From positions 145,328,001-145,392,000 of the forward strand of contig NC_042997.1 of the NCBI RefSeq assembly GCF_006345805.1: DNA of 64,000 nt, written 5' to 3'. Within the stretch, counting starts at the first letter, position 1. Each line of letters begins with the position of its first letter. Source of the DNA: Octopus sinensis. Lineage: Eukaryota. Position numbers and translations under genes: made by a program. Positions 40,280-53,110 of this stretch are shown here, piece after piece. The notes beneath the pieces were generated by a model. The model searched no databases, was not told the DNA's origin, and saw nothing but the letters and a program-made list of their open reading frames with translations.

Positions 40280-40689
40280 TTGTCGTCGCTTTATATAGCA
40301 ATAACGGATCAACCAAAAAGGCAATGAATATCAAATACATTATTATGAAATGTAATTAAAAATATAATAAAGTGAGAGAATAATGTAAAGCTTCGCAGAC
40401 ACAATATGAAGCGAAACAAGTCAGAAGGAAGTTGAATGAGAAAAGAACCAAAAATATTTCTTTTCAGATCAATATTGATCTGAAAGCTGAAAGATGTTTA
40501 TTATTGCTGAATATAACGGCGACGAGCTGGCAGAATCGTTACTGCACCGAATAAAATATTTAGTGATTCTTTATGTTTTGAGTTCAAATGCGGCCGAGGT
40601 CAACTTTACCTTTCGTCCTTTCGGAGGTCGATAACATAAGTACTGTTTAAGTACTAGGATAAAGGGGAAAGAGCCTTCTTGAGTCATAT

Positions 40690-40912
40690 AAACTGATAAG
40701 ACCGGTTTCTCAGTTTCCGTGGCGCATGTATTTCTTCCTTGAACGGGACCTCGATCCTTCACGGGGTTGCTCATGTTTACCAGCAGAGTGGACTGGAGCA
40801 ACGTGAAATGAAATGTTTTGCTCAAGAACACAACTCGTCGCTCAGTCCAGGAATCGAAACTGCAATCTTACGATTATGAGTCCAACACCTTAACCACTAA
40901 GCCACGTGCCTC
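40690..40912 (-). mobile_element. tRNA-derived SINE (V-type core)
   Basis: minus head GGCACGTGGCTTAGTGGTTAAG...GTTTCGATTCC; core CTTGAGCAAAACATTTCATTTCACGTTGCTCCAGTCCACTC. Confidence 0.75.
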
Positions 40913-42298
40913 GACCTAGTCATGTCCTTGTATCAATGCAATCGATTTCCCCTCCCCTCTAAATAGCTGGTCTTGTGCTAAAATTGGAAAGAAATATTAC
41001 TGAACATGTCCGAAACTTGCGTATGAAAACTTCTATTACGACAGTTGGAGTCAGAGACAGGGGTGCTGGTGATGTTGTTGTTCACATTGTTCAATTCCTC
41101 TGACAAAAGGCGTTCCAGTCATGACTATTCTGTCTTATTTTCCAACATAGTGCATCTGGGTCTACATTACCACAACTTCCTCTCACTCTTCCCTCCTACA
41201 TCTAGCAGCTCACCTGCGACGGACCGGCGTCCCGTCCAGGTAGGGAACCTATACGCCAAGGAAACCGGGAAACCGGCCCTTATGAGGGCATGGCTCGAGA
41301 AGGAACAAACGTCAACAGTGTGAATAAGAATGTCACTTTGCAACCATGTAGTTTCGGGTTCAGTTCCACTCCACTACACTTCGGGCTATTGTCTTATGCT
41401 ATAACCTCAATGATACATGAGTAAATATTTTGGACGGAAACTATGTGGAAGCCTGCCTTATGCATACATACAAGCGCACGCACACACACACATACACACA
41501 TATATATATGTGTGTGTGTGTCTTTGAGCTTGTGTTTGTTGCCCCGCACCACTGCTTGAAACCGGTGTTGGTTTCTTCACGTCCCTATACCCTTGTGGTT
41601 CAGCAAAAAGGCCGATAAAATAAGTACGAAACTTTAAAAGAAAACGAGTAATGCGAGCGATTTGTTCGACTAAACCCTTTAAGGCAATGCTCCAGCGTGG
41701 CCACAGTTCGCTGACTGGAACAAGAAAATATGCAAGATAAAGGAAGTCTACATGATCCAATGTCTTACTGTTTATTTTAAGAGAGTAGAGGAATATAAGA
41801 AGATACAAGGAAATAAGTATAAAGAGATTTAGCTGTTACTTCTAGCAGGTTGAACGACTAGTTAAAGCGCTCCCTAGTTGTTATATATGCTGTTCTGCTT
41901 GCTGTGCATATCAACGCATTTGCAACTGCAGTAAAAAAAATTTGCAGCTGCTGCAATCTCTTCTGCCGTCACCAACGATGCAAGGACATATAATCCCTTC
42001 AATATTGATATGGAATATTTCATTTCTCACCTATTTCGAGAGAGAAATCAGACTCCCTGCTTCATCGTTCTTGTCACCTCTCACCAGGCTTCCATGACTC
42101 CCGTCTTTCATGTTAGGCGGTAACGCAAAGTGCAGCCGTACTGAATTATTTGGGGCGCGATTGTATGTATGTATGTATGTATGTATGTATGTATGTATGT
42201 ATGTATGTATGTATGTATGTATGTATGTATGTATGTGTGTATGTATGTATGAATGTATTATGTATGTATGTATGCATGTATGTATGCATGCATGTATG

Positions 42299-42339
<41 letters not shown>

Positions 42340-42379
42340 TATATATATAGATAGATAGATAGATAGATAGATAGGTATA

Positions 42380-42670
42380 GTTGCAGGCGTAGCTTGGTAA
42401 GAAGCTTGTTTCCCAGCCAGGTTCTGGGTTCAGTACCACTGAGTGGCACCTTTGGCAAGAGTCTTCTACTTTAGCCTCAGACAGACCAAAGTTTTGTGAG
42501 TGAATTTGGGAGACGGAAACTGACTGAAGCCCTGTCGCTGCCTCACAACCCATGTTGGTGTACTTACGTTCCCATAGTCTAGCGATTCGATTCATTTAAC
42601 TGCAAACAAACCCTTCAAGGCGGTGCTCCAGCATGGCCGCAGTCAAATGGCTGAAGCAAGTAAAAGAATA
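42380..42670 (+). mobile_element. SINE family B, degenerate
   Basis: family motifs; a similar degenerate copy at 41340-41730. Confidence 0.7.
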
Positions 42671-42714
<44 letters not shown>

Positions 42715-42878
42715 AACAATGAGGGGGACAAATTTAATATTAATTTAATTAATATCAATTTAAAACAAACCAGTAGCCTACCATAGAGCACATTCTTTTT
42801 GTTTGTAGTTTGATCGTAGATGATCTATTTCTAGCATACGGCCGACTACCTAGTGGTCTTGCTCTTTGAATATATATA

Positions 42879-43287
42879 TCTCTCTATATATAAACGGCAG
42901 TTTGTCTGTCTGTGTGTCTGTGTGTCTGTCAGGTTGTACCCTCACCCTGACCACAGCTTTCAACCGATTCTGATGAAACTTGACACACACATAGCCCAAT
43001 GTCATAATTCCAAACTAACGCAGCGAAAATTTTGAAAAGTTCCCCCAGTTTTGAAAAGAATCGATAAATTCGACATGGGGTCGAGAATCTAAGCTTTTTA
43101 TATGCAACACATTTTCTGTCGGGAGACAGCTAGGAACATCGTATACGTAGAAGTGTTCGAGTGAAGAGAAGACGTTTGCAACCTACACATGCGTCTTCGT
43201 TCCCTAGAAGGAAAGAACTAGATTCGGATTAGCCGTTGCCTACTAGGGGCTCTTACATACCCGGGCAACGCCGGGCTATGCTGCTAG
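42879..43287 (+). mobile_element. non-autonomous Helitron
   Basis: 5' TC(TC)TATATATAAA, 3' hairpin CCCGGGCAACGCCGGG then CTAG; sits between A and T. Confidence 0.8.
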
Positions 43288-43305
43288 TATATATATATAT
43301 ATACA

Positions 43306-43513
43306 TACGAGGGATACTGAAAAGTTCCTGGCTTTGGGTAAAACAAAATACAGGAGGATCAGTTAATTATGATTTTATTGAACATATTCCCCTCTCAGAT
43401 TCACACACTTATTGCAGCAGTCCTCCAGTTTTTCTAAGCCCTGTAAAAGAACTCGGAAGGTTGGGCTTTCACGATACCCTTAAAGCCAGGAATTTTCAGC
43501 ACCCCTTCGCGTA
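43306..43513. mobile_element. mariner-derived MITE
   Basis: inverted repeats AAAAGTTCCTGGCTTT / AAAGCCAGGAATTTT; TA flanks; minus strand encodes LEDCCNKCVNLRGEYVQ*, a mariner-like C-terminus. Confidence 0.8.
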
Positions 43514-43864
43514 CATGCTGATAGAAAAAGAGAGAGACAGAGAGAGAGACAGAGATGCATGCGTATCCATATGCATACATACATGCAAACAGATAGATAT
43601 GTTGGTTTCAAATTTTGGTGCGCGGCCAGTAATTTCGGTGGGAGAGAGTAAGTCGATTACATCGACTTCCAGTGCTTAACTGGAACTTTTTTATGGACCC
43701 GAGAAGGATGAGTGGCAAAGTCGACCTTTAAGTTCTGAGGTGAGATTCCGACGAGGTCGAGTTTGTCTTTCGTCCTTGTTCATATGTTTTTTTATCATGC
43801 CCAACGCTCCAATTATTACTGGTGTTGTTTTCTCGTTTATGCACTATTATTATTATCATCTTTT

Positions 43865-44366
43865 GAGAGCAGCGCATGCCATCAAAGTGACACTGGGGTA
43901 AAATATAGGAAGCCCAGTATACCCATCCTGACTACTCGTCTGATAATAGAACAACAGACACAGACATCACAACCATATGTGCGCGTCATGGTAATGACCT
44001 TGCACGTGACGCCCAGTTAGAATTTTCTGCGGGTCGTGTAGCCAATCCCGCTCAAATGGTCCTTGAATAAGGGTTGTGTAAAGATGTTAAACGAAGCACT
44101 CATGTTTCCAGAGGTAAATTATTCAAACTCCAAAGAATTTCTCTCAACACATGGCTATGATGCTCCCCTATTAGTTCTACTCGTGATCAGAGATGCACAT
44201 ATTGTCAGCCACCAAAGGCCATGCTCAACTGGTTAAATTCAAACAACTGACAAGTAAATCTGTGGTATTGAGCAGAATATTTGCTGTAGTCCATCTTTCA
44301 TAACAAGAAAAAACAATGTACATGATAACACTTCCAATCAGTTAAGATCAGAAGCCATGACAGCTA
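43865..44366 (-). repeat. dispersed repeat family C, second copy
   Basis: homologous to 15903-16425; (AAT)n-like tail on minus near 43850. Confidence 0.8.
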
Positions 44367-44379
44367 CTTTTATCATTTG

Positions 44380-44510
44380 CTTTTATTGCACCAATTTGCA
44401 CTACTCCCTGTGCCTTGGGTATGTGCTGTGGTTTGTTTGGGTGCTGTCAATTTTTACTGTATTGGTAGTGCTTAACGTAGTGTGTGCGATACCAAGCAGT
44501 GCTATTTTCT
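44380..44510 (-). pseudogene. short R4-like 3' end adjoining family C
   Basis: KIALLGIAHT on minus. Confidence 0.45.
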
Positions 44511-44775
44511 AGCAAGGAGGGAAGCAATGCTCGTAACATTTTTTCAGAATCTCAGAGACTAGTCAAAAGTAAGGAACTGTCTAACTTAAAACCAGAAACC
44601 TTGCTCGAATAGTTGCAACAGAGTGGTCTCCGCTAAAGACACCCAAGGGGCGAGGAAATGGTGCTGCACCCAGTGACAGATTAAGTCAACCAACCAAGTA
44701 GGCCATGACGGGATTTGAACTCAGAGTGCAAAGAACCAGAAAAAATATCGCTATGTATCCGTGCCAACGTTCTTA

Positions 44776-45507
44776 CAACGGTGTTGCCAAAAAGTTCCTG
44801 GCTTTAAGGGTATCGCAAAAGACCTGGTCAGAGGCCCAATCTTCCTAGTTTTTTTACAGGGCTTAGAAAAACTGAAAGACAGCTGCAATAAGTGTGTGAA
44901 TTTGAGAGGGGAATATCTATATATATAAAACTGTAGTTGTGTGAGTGTCTGTCCCCTTCGATTTAGATTCCTAACTACTCCCACATTTTGCGGTGCAGTT
45001 TAACCAAATTCGGGTATCTTATAGTCGTGATTCATATCGAGCCCGTCTGAGTATTAGCGCGCGTCTACGATGAGTCTACGATTTTAAAAATAATTTAACA
45101 TCATTTTTTATTCCATTTTAATGCATAATTTTTCGTGTGTCGATGGCGGCGGAGTTGGCGTCCACGATCAAACACCTGCACCTGTCTTTGCTTCTCCCCC
45201 TTCTTCCCTCCCTCGTGAAGCTGTGGGGAAGGGAGTGTAAGGAAATCAACGTCGTAAAGCGTTGTCAAGGGGACCAGCGTTCTTTTAGAACAACGACTTC
45301 ATGGCTTGAAGACACCAAAACAGAAATGGCTAAGAAAGCCCGAATTGGCATCTATAAGGGAAGTAATTCTCTAAAAATGCTTATATAGTTATTTCCCTTA
45401 CAAACCCGAGCAACGCCGGGCGACTCTGCTAGTTTTGAATAAAATCATAATTGACTGATCTTCCTGTATTTTCTTTTATCTAAAGCCAGGAACTTTCCAA
45501 CACCTCC
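44776..45507. mobile_element. mariner-derived MITE split by a Helitron
   Basis: same inverted repeats and interior as 43306-43513, in opposite orientation. Confidence 0.8.
44916..45432 (+). mobile_element. non-autonomous Helitron nested in the MITE
   Basis: A^TCTATATATATAAA ... CCCGAGCAACGCCGGG...CTAG^T. Confidence 0.85.
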
Positions 45508-45742
45508 TCAGGAATTCGGCCAATCCACTGCTGTGGTGTTGTATTGTTGCTTTTATTAATCGACTTCGAAAGCATAAAATTTGATCTCGGTGGTTTTGAA
45601 AAACGAAAGCCGGAACAAATACCACTAGGCGTACTAACGAAAGAATTAACTGTCTGGTTGTTGGTGTTCATGATGATTATGATGACGATATGATGGCATT
45701 GTAACTGCTACCATTTAGAACACTATCTTCTTGGCTCAAACA

Positions 45743-45791
<49 letters not shown>

Positions 45792-45967
45792 ACACACACA
45801 TACCAGCTAATAAAGTATGCTCAACACCGCGTTGATGAATAAATATAGTTTTACCACAAGTTATTAAGGTCACCATTTGTTTCTTGTCGAGAATTCTCAG
45901 CAATTATCAAGCTTGATAATTGCTGAAAATATCCTACATGAAACAAATGGTAGCCTTCTGAAACCAA

Positions 45968-46025
<58 letters not shown>

Positions 46026-46101
46026 TTGTGTGTTTTTATGTGTGTGTATGTATATATACATATATAAAGGTATATATATATATATATATGTTTTATCAAT
46101 A

Positions 46102-46175
46102 TGTAGCTTATTAAAGATGTCCTCGTACGAAACAATTGTACCGAGATTTTAATCCATTCTTGTTGCTTTTTTCCT
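46102..46175 (+). repeat. 3' half of the hammerhead-bearing Penelope-like terminus
   Basis: near-identical to 27769-27841; lacks CTGATGA; embedded in (TA)n. Confidence 0.85.
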
Positions 46176-46182
46176 ATATATA

Positions 46183-46281
<99 letters not shown>

Positions 46282-46399
46282 ATATCGTAAATACTTGAAC
46301 GGGCTACCATGGACTACGAAACATCATTCAAACCTCACTAGAACACTATTTTATTCATTTCATTTAATTTCATTATTATCATTATTATTATCATTATTA

Positions 46400-46516
<117 letters not shown>

Positions 46517-46680
46517 TATTATTATTCTATAATGAGACATTTTAATTATTTTCTTATCTTCTTTTAAATTGTAAAGTGTTAGCTATTTTGGGGGCACCAT
46601 GTACTTGTATAAGTGCGGGTGTGTATATGCAGCATATGTGTGTGTGCGTATATATATATAAAACACATACATATATATAC

Positions 46681-46740
<60 letters not shown>

Positions 46741-46823
46741 GTATATATATATATGTATATATGTGTATATATATATCTACATATGTGTGTATGTATATAT
46801 CGATTTTATATATTTTATATATA

Positions 46824-46870
<47 letters not shown>

Positions 46871-48593
46871 ATAATATATATATGTATATATATATATATA
46901 TATACATATGTGTATATATATATATATATATTTATCTATATACACATATATATGTGTATGTATATATCTATTTATATATATACACATATGTGTATATATA
47001 TATATATGTGTATATACATACATACATATATATATATATGAGTGGGTCGAGTGTTTTTGCCTGTGTGTCTACGCATGTTTGTGTAGTGTTTGGTTGGAAT
47101 CTTTAATCCATACCATGGTTTCACATAACCAACTTTGCGGGAAGACGAAAGCTGAATTCACCAATGAATAAAGTTGGTTCTCGCCTGATATTCGAAACTC
47201 GCATAAGGATTAAAATCTCGACTTACTCCTGGGATATATTTCCAGACACTGATACACCTCTACCAAAACACAAGAATTTCTTGGGAAGTATATGGTTATT
47301 TGCACTAGTATATAAACAAATAATATGCATGTATGTATATCTGAGCTTGAGTATATGCGTCTGTTCTGATGTCTTGCAAAGGTATGTGTCTTTATATGTA
47401 GCTATATATTTTACTTGAGATTTATTGAAGTTTTTCCTTTAAAGAATTCAAACTGATCAGTAACAATGTGATAAAGCTCTTTTGTATAATTAAAACAGTT
47501 TCTGGTATTTGTGAATATGTGAGTGATTTAGTGTTTGCATATATATGCAGATAGGTATATGTATGAAAAAACTTGCTTTCATATACAGTATATGAATGCA
47601 GGTTTATTCATACATAGACCTATCTGCATATCTTTATTCCAGGAAATTCAGACAAAGGAAAACTCAAAGACTAGCCCGGGTGGCACCCACCCTCGCTAGT
47701 TGCCTAACGAGAGTGGGTGCCATCCGGGATTGTCTTTGAGTTTTCCTTTCTCCGGCCTCCAAACAGGTTTAAACAGTAGTCACAAAAGTGCTACCCCCAT
47801 AAAAGCGTCCCCTGGGAGCGAACTGCACTGCAGGCTCACCCCTGACTATGTTATTGTTCATAATGGGTGTAGATGTTACTTTAGTATACGTGCGTGTGTT
47901 TCATTACTGTTATGCATATGTCGCATGCACATGCGATTGTGGGCATATCTTTATTCCAGGAAATTCCGACAAAGAATCTCTGGAATGTTTTGAAATTTTT
48001 CACTGCAACGTTATTCAAAGAATGCAAATCGGTTTGTTTTGTTACTTCTTGGAGAACCCCTGTACGTCTAGGCTTTTATACACTTATAATTATATGTACA
48101 AATCAAAATTCACATCTTGAATAGAAGAACGGAACGTTCGTCACCAGTTCACTACATATGTTTTCCTTTACCCCGGGTAAAGATGGGACATTCACATCCG
48201 CCGGGCAGCCGGCCTTCTACAACAGCGTATAATATTTTTCCCAAGACTCATGGAAGAATATCGAGGTTTTGTATTTACAGCAAGTTATTGGTTTTGTTGC
48301 AATATTCCACCCATATTCCTTAATTTTAAAGGTGTGAATACATTCTGATCCCAGCGTGTAATTGTCATGTACGTATTTATTATGATAGCGCAGGTAAGCG
48401 AATTCATAGGCTGCCGGACTATCTGTTGTAGAGTTAGCGATTCGTATTTTCTTCTCGTTATACTTTTGGGTCCTTGGCCACAGAGCTTATTGACCTTGAA
48501 AATCGATACCACAAGGTAGTAACAACTACTATCAATGAACATTTAAGAAATCAATAAATACATGTTTTATATGTGTATGAATACGCACGCACA

Positions 48594-48624
<31 letters not shown>

Positions 48625-49019
48625 CACGCCCCTATCTTATTCCCTTGAGTATAAGTTCAACCCCCATATTTTGCACGGAAACGTTGGTAGTAAAATTTTA
48701 TCAAAGAGACCTCAAAATGGAAGATGAGATTACAAGGTCCCCAAAGCTTTCCAAATTACATTACACACCTACTGTTATTTGTGGTGTTAGTCAGTTAAAT
48801 GAGTCACCATGTTGTACATATTTATCGACTAAATAAATTACAAACATAATTATGGAATAGCTGCAGCGTACATGTTACGTGACTAAAAAATATATTATAA
48901 TATCAAAGACGTCATTAAGGCAAATTAAATTACAGAAATCAGCAAAGCATATTTAAGGTTAAAGATGATTATGAAATTATCGATTCTGACTACCAAACGC
49001 TATCAATTTCTTTTTTCAC

Positions 49020-49560
49020 TATGATTTGGTCTCTAGGTTCCCCTCTTCTTGTAGCACCAGCCTTTTATCAAATTCCCATGACGCATGTAGTTCCTTTGTT
49101 TCATCTTCCTGTCGTTGCCATCAGTCCTCAAATAAATAGTCTGTTTCTTCGGTTCCATCTATGTTATTTCATGGTTTCTGACGAAAGGTTTTTACATTGC
49201 TCCAGACAGGGAACACTTCAAAACCCTGAACACGTTCATGGTTTGAACACAGTTATGTTTGGAGAAGCATGTTTCTCAAAATATATTCACTGATTGTCGT
49301 CAATCTTCAAAGAGCTCTGTAGCTAGTTACTAAGAACATTTTCCATGAAATCCGACTGTGGTGTTGGCACACGGAAAATATCTAGCTTTGAGCAGATTCA
49401 ATACCAGCTCATATGTATGGTTCCCAAGTAACACAGGCGTTATCAAAACCCGTAGAAATTCACCAAAAGTATTCCCCAGTAAAAGTGATGCAATCGAAGA
49501 TTTTATCAACGAGAAACGCGTTTTTTCTATGATGTCTATGTTCTGTGAAACGGCGATGGT
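49020..49560 (-). pseudogene. very decayed RTE-like RT C-terminal relic
   Basis: RFSLIKSSIASL...LRVLITPVLLGNHTYEL and RRGEPR resemble RTE motifs. Confidence 0.35.
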
Positions 49561-49914
49561 AACGACGTGCTGTCATATATATTCTTTTATTGGTTTTAGT
49601 CATCGTGATGCAGCCATGCTGGAGTACTACCTCCGAGGCTTGAGTGGAACAAATCGACTTCAGTGCTTTTTTTCAAAATTCTGGGACTTGTCCTATTAGT
49701 CCCTTTGTGTGTTGTGTGTGTGTGTGTATGTGTGTGTGTGAGAGAGAGAGAGAGAGAGTTATGCATGTTTCAGCTTCTCTCCCAAACCGGTAGATTACTG
49801 GAATGTAATCAAACCAACAACGGTTATCAAGAATAGAGTCAAACACAAAAAGACGCACGCATACGCCCATAGAAACTTTCTCTCTCTCTCTCTCTCTCAT
49901 GAATGTATGTATAT

Positions 49915-50600
49915 ATATATAAAGTAGCTGCTCTCAGTTCTCACCACGGCCTCAAGACGGTTCTGGAAACTGGCGCATGCGTTCTTCATTAAGTCTTTTG
50001 GAAGATCTTTGAACACCTCCTTGAACGTAGCCATCAATTCGGTTTAGGCGTTGCAGGCAGAGTGGTTGGTGTCTTTCTCAAGCGCGCCACATACTTAGTA
50101 ACTAATGGGATTACAATCGGGGAAATTAGGAGGCCAGAAATTGGGACTGGTAAAGTCGTAGATATTCTCCGACAACCATTTCTGAATTTTTCCGGAGGTA
50201 TGACAAGGATGCAAATACCTGCTTCCGCTCATGGGGCTTACCAGCAGAAATCCTTTCAAGCCATGGATCAACCACAGTCTCCAGCAACTTCACATAGTCG
50301 TCAAAATTCAGGCCCTGAATTGAAACCCAGCTGAAAGATGTGGGGAAGCATGAAGTCATCCTCACACGCTCTTCCTGCGGCGACGGCTTTCAGTTTCCGT
50401 TGCAGTCATCCATGTTACATTATTTCTGCCTTTACAGTGCTCACAGACAACTGGGCAGCAGTTATGATGTCGGCATTTTGATAACTGACCCGAATCGTCA
50501 TGATATAGGTAGGTCTTTTCCAATGTTCAGATGGCTTCCTGAACCCCATATCAGCTAAGTTTTCCTGAACTACAACCTTAATAGTTATGCTCTCCAACGC
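49915..50600 (-). pseudogene. Tc1/mariner (maT-like) transposase relic
   Basis: HPCHTSGKIQKWLSEN...FWPPNFPDCNPISY*VCGALEKDTN...RLEAVVRTESSYF; stops and frameshifts. Confidence 0.8.
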
Positions 50601-50627
50601 CGCTGACTGTCCACCAATCCATCAAGT

Positions 50628-50935
50628 GGAGGCGCAACGGCCCAGTGGTTCCGGGCAGCGGACTCGCGGTCGGAGGTTCACGGTTTCGATTCCCAGACCG
50701 AGCGTTGTGTGTGTTTATTTAGCGAAAACACCTAAAGCTCCACGAGGCTCCGGCAGGGGGTGATGGCGACCCCTGTTGTACTCTTTCGCCCCAACTTTCT
50801 CTCACTCTTTCTTCTTGTTTCTTGTCTTCGACTTCATACGCAACCGCTGAGCCTGGATGCGCATTCATCCATCTGTCGATGCTCTGGGTGTCGGGGGTTG
50901 ACCTGCTTTCTCCTCTGTTGGTCTTACGAATAGCA
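50628..50935 (+). mobile_element. tRNA-derived SINE with a distinct head
   Basis: GGAGGCGCAACGGCCCAGTGGTT (A-box-like) ... GGTTTCGATTCCC (B-box-like). Confidence 0.7.
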
Positions 50936-50937
50936 AA

Positions 50938-51113
50938 GAGTTCCTGGCATTGGGTAAAAAAAAATATATGAAGATCAGTTAATTATAGTTTTATTCAATA
51001 TATTTCCCTCTCAGATTCACACTTTTCGTGTTTGACTCTATTCTTGATAACCGTTGTTGGTTTGATTACATTCCCGTAATTTAGCGGTTTGGGACAGAAG
51101 CTGAAACATGCAT

Positions 51114-51162
<49 letters not shown>

Positions 51163-51545
51163 TTATCGCAGGGGTCCTTCAATTTTCTTAGCCCTGTAAA
51201 AGAACTCGGAAGGTTGGGCCTCCAACCAGACCTTTCGCGATACCCTTAAAGCTAGGAACTTTTCAGCACTCCCTCTTACATAAATTCACACATATATACA
51301 CATACATGCATACATACATACATACATACATACATACATACATACATACATACATACACATACACGTAGACAGTGTATACATGCACACATGCACACACAC
51401 ACACACCACACACACACACACACACACTTATCGCAGGGGTCCTTCAATTTTCTTAGCCCTGTAAAAGAACTCGGAAGGTTGGGCCTCCAACCAGACCTTT
51501 CGCGATACCCTTAAAGCTAGGAACTTTTCAGCACTCCCTCTTACA
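50938..51545. mobile_element. mariner-derived MITE with an insertion and a duplicated 3' half
   Basis: same family as 43306-43513. Confidence 0.75.
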
Positions 51546-51904
51546 TAAATTCACACATATATACACATACATGCATACATACATACATACATACATACAT
51601 ACATACATACATACATACATACATACATACACATACACGTAGACAGTGTATACATGCACACATGCACACACACACACACACAAACACACACATAATGAGA
51701 AAATGAGAAAAGAATCACCAAGTTCAGATCTAGTGTTCGTAGTCGTCCACAAGGAAGAACAATCCAATGCGAAAAACAGGGGAGAGCATAAATGCCCCAC
51801 TGGCTTCTGCCTTGATAGACCTTAGCAAATAATTGTTTCGTCGATAGAAAGTGGCCATGTTGTAAAAGTACGAATGAATTTAATTACATATGTGTATGTG
51901 TTTG

Positions 51905-52002
<98 letters not shown>

Positions 52003-52164
52003 GTTTCTCCAATTACTACCAAAGTCCGCTGTCTATCGCTGTGTCTAAATTCGTCGATACTAGCGTGAAACGAGTGCATATTGAGCGCTTTGATGTTTTA
52101 CGTAGGAAGCAAAAACAACGCCTAGCTGCTACATGTGTGTGTATGTGTGTGTGTACACACACAC

Positions 52165-52237
<73 letters not shown>

Positions 52238-52969
52238 AACATACACACCCATATATATATACATGCACACACACATACATGAATGTAGAGAGAGAGGGAA
52301 ATAGAGTAGGGAGTGAGCCATTTAGCTAGGCCTGTGATTATGTTTGTGTGTGTGTGTGCATCTGTGTGTCTATATACATTTGTTAACAAACAGTTGCACT
52401 CGCTGCATTAGCTTGTACACTTTGCATCAGTAAAGGCAAGGTGTACTTGCAGTAGAGTGTTGACTTTACACAAATCTCTGAAGCTGTTCAGCAGCGTGCC
52501 ACACGTCACTTTGTCTAAAAATAAGATTCTGAGAATAATCTGCAATATTATACGGCAAAACAAAGTGCCAAAGACCAACGTTCTCTCTTGTGGAAAAAAT
52601 ACTACGTTTGCGAATTTTGCCCAAGAAAATTCAGAAATTTCACAACCCAGGGGTCCACAGTTAAAGTCCGTCAATTACAATTTTTCAATCTCTTTCCTTC
52701 ATTTTCTCCTTCTTTGATGTTTATTCAGTTCTGATTCATTTTGTCTTTATCTTTTATCGTTTTATCTTTTATTTATTTATTTATTTATTTGTTTGTTTAT
52801 TTATTTTTTGTCTTTTATCTTTTACTTGTTTCAATCATTAGACTGCAGCCTTGCTGGGGCACCGCCTTGAAGAATTTTTAGTCAAATGAATTGACCCCCA
52901 ACATTTGTTTCTGAGCCTAGTATTCATTCTATCGCTGATCACACAGCCACACCCTTCCTATTTTTTCTA

Positions 52970-53110
52970 ATGGGTTTTATGGGGCGCAGAGGCGAATGTG
53001 ATTGAAGGATTTATTGTATTAATGACTTAAATATGGCGACTTTGAAAGAAGAAGGAATGAATTTTGTTTTTCTAGATTTTACCAAATTTGGATCTGTTCA
53101 TTTTGAAGAA
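52970..53110 (+). pseudogene. decayed non-LTR RT fragment
   Basis: GFMGRR...FVFLDFTKFGSVH resembles GFRxGRS...VFLDFxKAFDSVxH. Confidence 0.4.

Noticed and set aside
42965-42985. CTGATGAAAC
   Set aside because: No stem II between the core halves; common Helitron-internal phrase
44318-44366. TAACACTTCCAAT resembling a twister ribozyme start, and weak U2 snRNA-like words in family C
   Set aside because: The pairing partner for P2 and the pseudoknot purines are missing; the U2 similarity is not collinear
48330-48397. Possible 62-nt exon (AG...GTAAGC) open in one frame
   Set aside because: No homology or partner exon; compatible with chance
52530-52680. SLLWKKYYVCEFCPRKF as a BED or C2H2 zinc finger
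   Set aside because: No His ligands, and nearby stops; at most a faint transposon relic
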